The translations under genes were made by a program, and so were the position numbers. From NCBI GenBank assembly GCA_947588655.1, contig CANPYS010000003.1, forward strand, positions 11,904 through 75,903: DNA of 64,000 nucleotides. Reading direction: 5' to 3'. Source of the stretch: an uncultured Alphaproteobacteria bacterium. GTDB lineage: Bacteria > Pseudomonadota > Alphaproteobacteria > RF32 > CAG-239. The stretch's first letter is position 1. The number at the start of each line of letters is the position of its first letter. This document shows positions 58,367 through 64,000 of this stretch, piece after piece. The notes under the pieces were generated by a model. The model was not told where the DNA came from, did no database searches, and worked only from the letters and a program-made list of their open reading frames with translations.

Positions 58367-60136
58367 TCACAAATGTCCGATAAACCCTTGCGACTGCATA
58401 TCGTAAAACTTTTTGTAAATGCCGCCTTTTTGCAACAGAAAATCAGACGTACCTTGCTCGGCGATTTTGCCTTTTCTTAAAACAATCAGCCTGTCCATAG
58501 CTTTTAAGGTGGAAAGGCGGTGCGCAATTGCAATCACGGTTTTATTTTTCATCAATGTCTGAAGCGATTTTTGGATATATTGCTCCGATTCGCTGTCAAG
58601 GGCAGAGGTTGCCTCGTCTAAAATGAGAATAGGCGCGTCTTTTAAGATAGCGCGCGCAATCGCAATACGTTGCCTTTCGCCACCCGAGAGCATCACGCCG
58701 CGCTCGCCGACTTTGCTGTTATATTGATCGGGCAAAGTCATAATAAAGTTATGAATATAGGCTTTTTTGGCGGCGGCAATCACTTGCTTATCGGTTGCTT
58801 TGGGGTTGCCGTAACGAATATTTTCCATAATGGAGCGGTTAAAAAGCGTGCTTTCTTGGGGAATAAAGGCAATATGCCGGCGCAAAGATTCTTGGCGCAC
58901 ATCGGCAATGTTTTGCCCGTCAATCAAAATTTGCCCGCCTTGAATATCGTAATAACGGAGCAAAAGCTTTACAAGCGTAGATTTTCCGCTCCCCGAATAT
59001 CCCACAAGCCCAACTTTTTCACAAGGGCGAATATCAAGCTGAAATTTCTCAAACAAAGGCTTATCGGGCTTATAGCGGAACTTGACATTTTCAAAACAAA
59101 CGTCGTTATGCCTGATTTTTAAGTTTTTGGCGTTGGGCTTATCCAAAACCTCATAAGGTTTGCACAAAAGGTTCAAACCGTCTTGAATGCCACCGTAAAA
59201 CTCCGCAAAAGACGAAGCAAAAAAGCCGATGTTTTTAATGCCGTCTACAAAAGAGCCGATTAAAAGCGTGGCAAGCACCACATTGGCAAGAGTCAGTTCT
59301 TGTATGTACCAAAAATAAAAAATCAGCGCGTAGGAGATAATCATCATCACATCAAAAATAGATTTTGAAGCCCAGTTGATAAAGGCATCTTTCATCATTT
59401 GTTCGCGCCTGGCATGCGAGGCGGCACGCACAGCGTTAAAATAAAAATGTTTTTCATAAAAATAGTTGGCAAAACTTTTAACCAAACTGCTGTTCGTGAC
59501 ACCATCCACAAAAACGCCGCTCATCGCCGAAAGCGTTTTATAACGCACCACAGCAAAAGGCGTGATTTGTCGCCGGAACCATATGGTTAAGCCCATAAAA
59601 AATAAATTAATGCCACCCAAAATAAGCCCGAGCCAAACATTCATCACCAAAATAAAGCCAAGGCTTACAAAAATACTGATAAGCGGTTGCAAAATACCAA
59701 ACAAAACAGTACCGCAAAAATGCTCTAAATTGTTTAAGATATTGCGCACTTTGCCGGCAATGTTACCTGCCATTTCCTCTTCAAAATAGCGCATGGCGTG
59801 CTTATGCACCATCGCAAACATATCTTTGGCGGCAATACCTGTGAAATAAGGCACAAAGCGCGCCTCTAACACGCGCCGATAACCGTCGCCGGCACTGATG
59901 CACAAGCCTGCCACGGCAAAAGCAATAAGCCAGCTAATAAGCATTTGCGCCAAATTCGGATATTGTGAAGCCGCACCCAAAACGCCAATCATTTGTGACA
60001 TCACATAATCTTGCGAGCGGCGCAAAACCATAGTAAGCACAAACATCAAAACCAGGCTCAATGCCAAAAACTTGGCTTTAGAAACATATTTCCAAACAAA
60101 TTTCCAAACGCTTATGTTTTGATTTTCAGTCATCAA
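58367..60136 (-). CDS. ABC transporter permease/ATP-binding protein (MsbA-like exporter)
   Basis: 589 aa with an N-terminal 6-TM domain and a C-terminal NBD. Walker A GYSGSGKST, signature LSGGERQRIAIARA and Walker B ILILDEATS are present. Confidence 0.85.
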   Translation of the reverse strand: MMTENQNISVWKFVWKYVSKAKFLALSLVLMFVLTMVLRRSQDYVMSQMIGVLGAASQYPNLAQMLISWLIAFAVAGLCISAGDGYRRVLEARFVPYFTGIAAKDMFAMVHKHAMRYFEEEMAGNIAGKVRNILNNLEHFCGTVLFGILQPLISIFVSLGFILVMNVWLGLILGGINLFFMGLTIWFRRQITPFAVVRYKTLSAMSGVFVDGVTNSSLVKSFANYFYEKHFYFNAVRAASHARREQMMKDAFINWASKSIFDVMMIISYALIFYFWYIQELTLANVVLATLLIGSFVDGIKNIGFFASSFAEFYGGIQDGLNLLCKPYEVLDKPNAKNLKIRHNDVCFENVKFRYKPDKPLFEKFQLDIRPCEKVGLVGYSGSGKSTLVKLLLRYYDIQGGQILIDGQNIADVRQESLRRHIAFIPQESTLFNRSIMENIRYGNPKATDKQVIAAAKKAYIHNFIMTLPDQYNSKVGERGVMLSGGERQRIAIARAILKDAPILILDEATSALDSESEQYIQKSLQTLMKNKTVIAIAHRLSTLKAMDRLIVLRKGKIAEQGTSDFLLQKGGIYKKFYDMQSQGFIGHL

Positions 60137-60597
60137 CGATAATACTTTTCAAAAGGAACGTCTTGGTTCACATCTTGTGGTTTATAAATAAAGATATTTG
60201 TCGTGGAGGGCAAATTATCCGTCCGTCTTGTATAGCCGCGCTTTTCCATACACCGACGATATTTGCGCGGGCTAGAGCCTGAATCGTCACGAATGGAATT
60301 AACCATCACGGGTTGCGCGCCCTCATAAGGCACATAGCTTGCCCAAATGCCTTTTTCAGAGTGCCAATCGGCGCGGATATCATAGCGCACTTCTTCGGAA
60401 TAAAACCAGTTTTTGAAATCAGGCAAGAGCTTAAAATCTTCCGCCTCGCGCATACATTCAGAGTGATCGCGCGAAAACTTCTGCACCCCCGTGTTCGGGC
60501 GTTGCCAATGGTAAATAACTTGCCCTTTACCGCCACTAAGCCAAGTGCAGGACATTGTTAAAAATAAGGCCAAAAAAGTAAAACAAATTTTTCTCAT
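60133..60597 (-). CDS. hypothetical lipoprotein
   Basis: Trimmed to the internal Met (MRKICFTFLALFLTMSC). Has a signal peptide and Cys. Overlaps the ABC transporter start. Confidence 0.4.
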   Translation of the reverse strand: MRKICFTFLALFLTMSCTWLSGGKGQVIYHWQRPNTGVQKFSRDHSECMREAEDFKLLPDFKNWFYSEEVRYDIRADWHSEKGIWASYVPYEGAQPVMVNSIRDDSGSSPRKYRRCMEKRGYTRRTDNLPSTTNIFIYKPQDVNQDVPFEKYYR

Positions 60598-60598
60598 G

Positions 60599-61264
60599 TT
60601 AAAAATCCAAATTACGATAATGTTTTGACGGAGGAATACCTTTAAGGGTATCATTTAAAATTTCTTTAAAGCTGGGGCGTGATTTGAGTTTAGAATACCA
60701 AAGCTTTGCGTTTTTATAATTTTCCCAATCTATATCGCCCAGATAATCCACAACGGAAAGATGCGCCGCCGCGGTCAAATCAGCAAGAGTAATGTCTTGT
60801 CCAGCCAAATAATTGTTACGCTCGGCAAGCCAATCCACATATTCTAAATGGAAAGATAAATTATGTTGCCCCGCTTTTAAGATTTTAGAATTGGGCGGCT
60901 CGCCCGTTTCGTAGCGTTTAAGGGCTTTTTCGCCAACAATATAGCGATAAACCTCTTTATAAAATTTTTCATCAAACCAACTGCAAAGGCTTCTGATTTG
61001 CGCGCGTTTCAAAGTATCGCCCATTAAAAGCGGATTTTCTTTATTGCTTTCTTCCAAATATTCAGTCACGGCATAATTTCCAACAATCATCTGTCCGTCA
61101 AAAATCAAAACCGGCAACTGCCCCGAAGGATTAATTTTATAAAATTCGGAATCTTTTTTCCACGGCTCGGCTTCTTTTAAGACAAAGAGCATCTTTTTTT
61201 CAGCCATCATTAGGCGTGCTTTGCGGCTGAAAGGCGATAAACTATGATGAACAAGCAAAACCAT
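60599..61264 (-). CDS. glutathione S-transferase family protein
   Basis: 221 aa with an N-terminal thioredoxin-like GST_N region (SPFSRKARL) and a C-terminal helical domain. Confidence 0.7.
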   Translation of the reverse strand: MVLLVHHSLSPFSRKARLMMAEKKMLFVLKEAEPWKKDSEFYKINPSGQLPVLIFDGQMIVGNYAVTEYLEESNKENPLLMGDTLKRAQIRSLCSWFDEKFYKEVYRYIVGEKALKRYETGEPPNSKILKAGQHNLSFHLEYVDWLAERNNYLAGQDITLADLTAAAHLSVVDYLGDIDWENYKNAKLWYSKLKSRPSFKEILNDTLKGIPPSKHYRNLDF

Positions 61265-62145
61265 TATTTCAAGCCCTTTTCATCAGCAGGCGTGATGTCG
61301 TCCGCGCCCTGAGATTTCACAAACATTGGCGGAACAATGCTCTGAGATTGAACTTCAATTTGCGACACATATTCTTTCAGCGCTTGCTCCAAGTCATTTT
61401 TAAAAATATCTCTTACCACATATTTTTCCAGATGCCCCTTAATTCTTTTGGCATTTAACGATGCCTTGGAAACGCCAATAAACAACGGCATATTCCACAA
61501 AGCCCCTTTTGAAAAGGCAATACTATTTTTAAGCCCCGAAAGCAATGTTTGAATATAATTATAATAGTAGCTACCAATCACATAATCAGCCTCGCCAACA
61601 AAAAGCATTTCATAGGCTTTTAAGGGTGTTTCAACAGATTTAATGCCGTAACGCTTAAAGTTATTAATCATATAATTGCTTAAAAATTCGGTTTGAGCAT
61701 ACACGCCACGCAAATTTTTCAAATCGTCCAGCGTTTGGATTTTATCAATATTTTGAGGTAACGCCAAAACATGAATTGGGTTATTCAACACTGCCGGATA
61801 AATAAATGCTTCATAAAATTCTCTTTCAGCGTCAAAATAATCGCCAACAACAATATCAACGTTGCCACGCCGAATAAGCTGCAAAAGATTTTTATAATCA
61901 GAAGCTTTTTTTTGTTCAAGTTCATAGTTGCCGGCCCTCGCAAAGCCGTCAAGGGCTTTATCAAACACTGAAAGCGTGTCGCCCCTATCCGAAACATATG
62001 AAATAGGCGGATAATTTGGCACAAGGGCATATTTTAGCGTTGTTTTTTTATGCTCAACCTCAGAGGTTACCGAATATTGTGCCACAGACGCACGGCATAA
62101 AAAGCTCAAACACAACAAAAGCAAAAGGATTAATTTTTTCATCAA
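61264..62145 (-). CDS. periplasmic substrate-binding protein (type 3 SBP-like)
   Basis: 293 aa with a signal peptide and a two-lobe SBP-like composition. The stop/start overlaps the GST gene. Confidence 0.55.
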   Translation of the reverse strand: MMKKLILLLLLCLSFLCRASVAQYSVTSEVEHKKTTLKYALVPNYPPISYVSDRGDTLSVFDKALDGFARAGNYELEQKKASDYKNLLQLIRRGNVDIVVGDYFDAEREFYEAFIYPAVLNNPIHVLALPQNIDKIQTLDDLKNLRGVYAQTEFLSNYMINNFKRYGIKSVETPLKAYEMLFVGEADYVIGSYYYNYIQTLLSGLKNSIAFSKGALWNMPLFIGVSKASLNAKRIKGHLEKYVVRDIFKNDLEQALKEYVSQIEVQSQSIVPPMFVKSQGADDITPADEKGLK

Positions 62146-62207
62146 AAAAACCTTTTTATAAAATCCATTAAGAAGATTCTAACTAAATTGTGTTAAAAAG
62201 GATTTAA

Positions 62208-63017
62208 TTGTTTAAAATTTTTACGCAATGGTTCAAAATAAAAACAAAAGAGATGAATAACGCACAAACGCAACATACAAAAGCTTATCAATCCCGCATA
62301 ATTGGCATTTGTTCGGGAGGTTCTTCTGTGGGCAAAACGTGGCTTGGGTTATCTTTGTGCAAAGCCCTCACACAACAAGGCAAAAAAGTTTTGTTTTTTG
62401 ATGCCGATTGTGGCTTAAACAATGCAACTGCTCAATTAAGCTTAGGAAAAACGCCGTCTTATGCCGCACTTTTAAGTGGCGCACTCACCCTCAACAACGC
62501 CTTAAACCGCTTGCCTGACTTGGGTTTTGATTTGATTACTGCCCCAAGTGGCGAAGAAAAACTTTTTCAAGCGCCGTTTGGACGTTTGCAACTTTTGGCG
62601 CAAGATTTGTGCTGTTTTTCAAATTTTTATGACGTGGTCATCATTGATTGCGGTTGTAAAAATCCGCTTGTAGAAAACTTGTTCTTAAAACATTGCGCCG
62701 AGGTTTTGCTTGTCACAAACCCAGATTCGGCAAGCCTTACCGCCAATTATCAAAAAATGCAAACACTTTTTAATTTAGAGCTTAAAAACACGGGCGTTGT
62801 GATAAATCAGGTAAATTCGGTCAACGAAGGACAAGAGATTTTTAAGACAATCATCAAGTCGGCGGCGACGTTGATTGGACTTAACGTAACGGAAAAAGGT
62901 AGCATTTGCCGCGATTCCCGAATACGAGAATCTGTTGAGAGTGGCGCAATTTTTTTAAGCCGCTATCCAGACTGCGAAAGCGCGCGACAAATACAAAAAC
63001 TCTCAGCTGTTTTATGA
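62208..63017 (+). CDS. ParA/MinD-family P-loop ATPase
   Basis: A deviant Walker A (GICSGGSSVGKT) and a Walker B-like VVIIDCG are present. The start may be 62253. Confidence 0.55.
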   Translation: MFKIFTQWFKIKTKEMNNAQTQHTKAYQSRIIGICSGGSSVGKTWLGLSLCKALTQQGKKVLFFDADCGLNNATAQLSLGKTPSYAALLSGALTLNNALNRLPDLGFDLITAPSGEEKLFQAPFGRLQLLAQDLCCFSNFYDVVIIDCGCKNPLVENLFLKHCAEVLLVTNPDSASLTANYQKMQTLFNLELKNTGVVINQVNSVNEGQEIFKTIIKSAATLIGLNVTEKGSICRDSRIRESVESGAIFLSRYPDCESARQIQKLSAVL

Positions 63018-63031
63018 AAGGAAAAAACTGA

Positions 63032-64000
63032 TGATAGATCCTTTAGGTTATTATGCTTTACTTGATTTACCGCTCAATTTTGATGAGACCGGTCTAAAAA
63101 TCAGCTATCGGGAAAAGGCAAAATTTTGGCACCCTGATCATAATAAATCGCCCGAGGCGATGGAAAATTTTCAAAAATTGGCGGTAGCATACGAGATTTT
63201 GAAAAATCCGCAGTCAAAAATGGTGTACGATATTTTAGCAACCGTTTACGAAACGTCCGACTTTCCGGATATGAAAGCCCTCAAGATTTATTGCTCTGCC
63301 AAAGGCGAAGAAACGCCTTATCTGCGTGTGTTTAATTTATATAAAATGGTTGGCTTTAAGCTGAAAGTTCAAAAGCTCATCGGAACATTTACTGACGCCA
63401 TAAGCTTTATTTCAAAAATCACGGCGCATAACTGGCTTAAAGGTTGGTGGACACCGCAAGCTTTCAAGCAAAATATTTTTGCCTTAAAGCAAAATTATCA
63501 GGGCATAAATGCCAACACAACAGATAATTATAAACTTTTGGCGCATAATGCCGCCGCTTTTTTGAATGAAAACAAAATTCCAAACGCTTGTCTTTCGGCT
63601 TATCAGGCTTTGGAATACGCCACAACGACACAGCAACGCCGCATTTTGGAATTGTTTTTAGCAAAATGCCGCTTTGAAAAAGTGACGCTCAAGCCTTGGA
63701 ATTTCAAATATCTTCAAAAAATTCAGCTCAAATTTTTATATGCTTTGCTTGGCATTTTGAGCCTTATTCTTATTGCCGGCGGCGCGTACTTTGCGTCAAC
63801 ACACTATACGAAAGGCGAACCTGAAAAAACCGCTTATTATCAAAAAGTGCGCTTTAATAGCGGTTCTGAAACGGTTGATGATATGGTAACCGCCAAAATT
63901 TTTAACATTCCGGCTGATACAAAAGACACAACCATGTTGTATCATTTAACATCGGCGCAAAAAATTATGTATGGGCCGTCTGAAAAATTTGATGTGATGA
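63032..64000 (+). CDS. J-domain (DnaJ-like) membrane protein, 3' partial at window end
   Basis: The open frame from ATG 63032 runs off the window. The J-domain signature is YYALLDLPLNFDETGLKISYREKAKFWHPDHN (HPD). A TM segment (LLGILSLILIAGGAYF) follows. Confidence 0.55.

Overview
This 64 kb window is low-GC (about 40%) alphaproteobacterial-looking chromosome. Host genes bracket an apparently intact temperate prophage of about 40.4 kb. The left host flank (1-9340) carries a GNAT acetyltransferase, LepA/EF4, an AAA+ DUF4143 ATPase, an H+-pyrophosphatase, a secreted ankyrin-repeat protein and an esterase. The prophage is integrated into the 3' end of a tRNA-Ala(CGC) gene (9341-9416). Its boundaries are a 45-bp direct repeat of the tRNA 3' end, attL at 9372-9416 and attR at 49726-49770, with a tyrosine integrase next to attR. 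A third, partial copy of the tRNA end plus flank at 49982-50082 suggests an earlier tandem integration. From left to right the prophage contains the following modules. (1) A leftward early operon with a radical-SAM SplB-like protein, an ASCH protein, a Dam-family N6-adenine methyltransferase, a short C5-cytosine methyltransferase-like protein, dUTPase and an Xis-like protein. (2) A lambdoid immunity switch: a cI-like repressor and a Cro-like protein divergently arranged around five 19-bp operators of the form ATAATC-N7-GATTAT. (3) A GapR(DUF2312)-like fusion protein. (4) A second, beta-class methyltransferase interrupted by a frameshift inside a G9 tract. (5) An iteron array that is probably the replication origin. 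(6) A putative late-gene antitermination module, with a promoter-like repeat region and two tandem intrinsic terminators just upstream of the small terminase gene. (7) A podovirus-type structural module: small and large terminase, portal, scaffold, capsid, tail tube/nozzle proteins, internal (ejection) proteins including a 2627-aa polyvalent protein with an ADP-ribosyltransferase-like region and an HExxH metallopeptidase motif, a DinJ-YafQ toxin-antitoxin pair, and a tail fiber. (8) A complete diversity-generating retroelement. The variable repeat (VR) lies at the C-terminal C-type-lectin-like end of the tail fiber. The template repeat (TR) lies 170 bp downstream and differs from VR only at template adenines. 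The reverse transcriptase gene follows. (9) A lysis cassette with a SleB-type endolysin, holin, i-spanin and an embedded o-spanin, plus a small NrdD-like glycyl-radical-motif ORF. The right host flank carries gyrB, a repeat-rich intergenic region with a roughly 110-bp hairpin repeat family and a MITE-like element, two paralogous secreted Cys-rich proteins that share a duplicated promoter and N-terminal module, an AmpD-like amidase, FbaA, an MsbA-like ABC transporter, a GST, a substrate-binding protein, a ParA/MinD-like ATPase and a partial J-domain protein.
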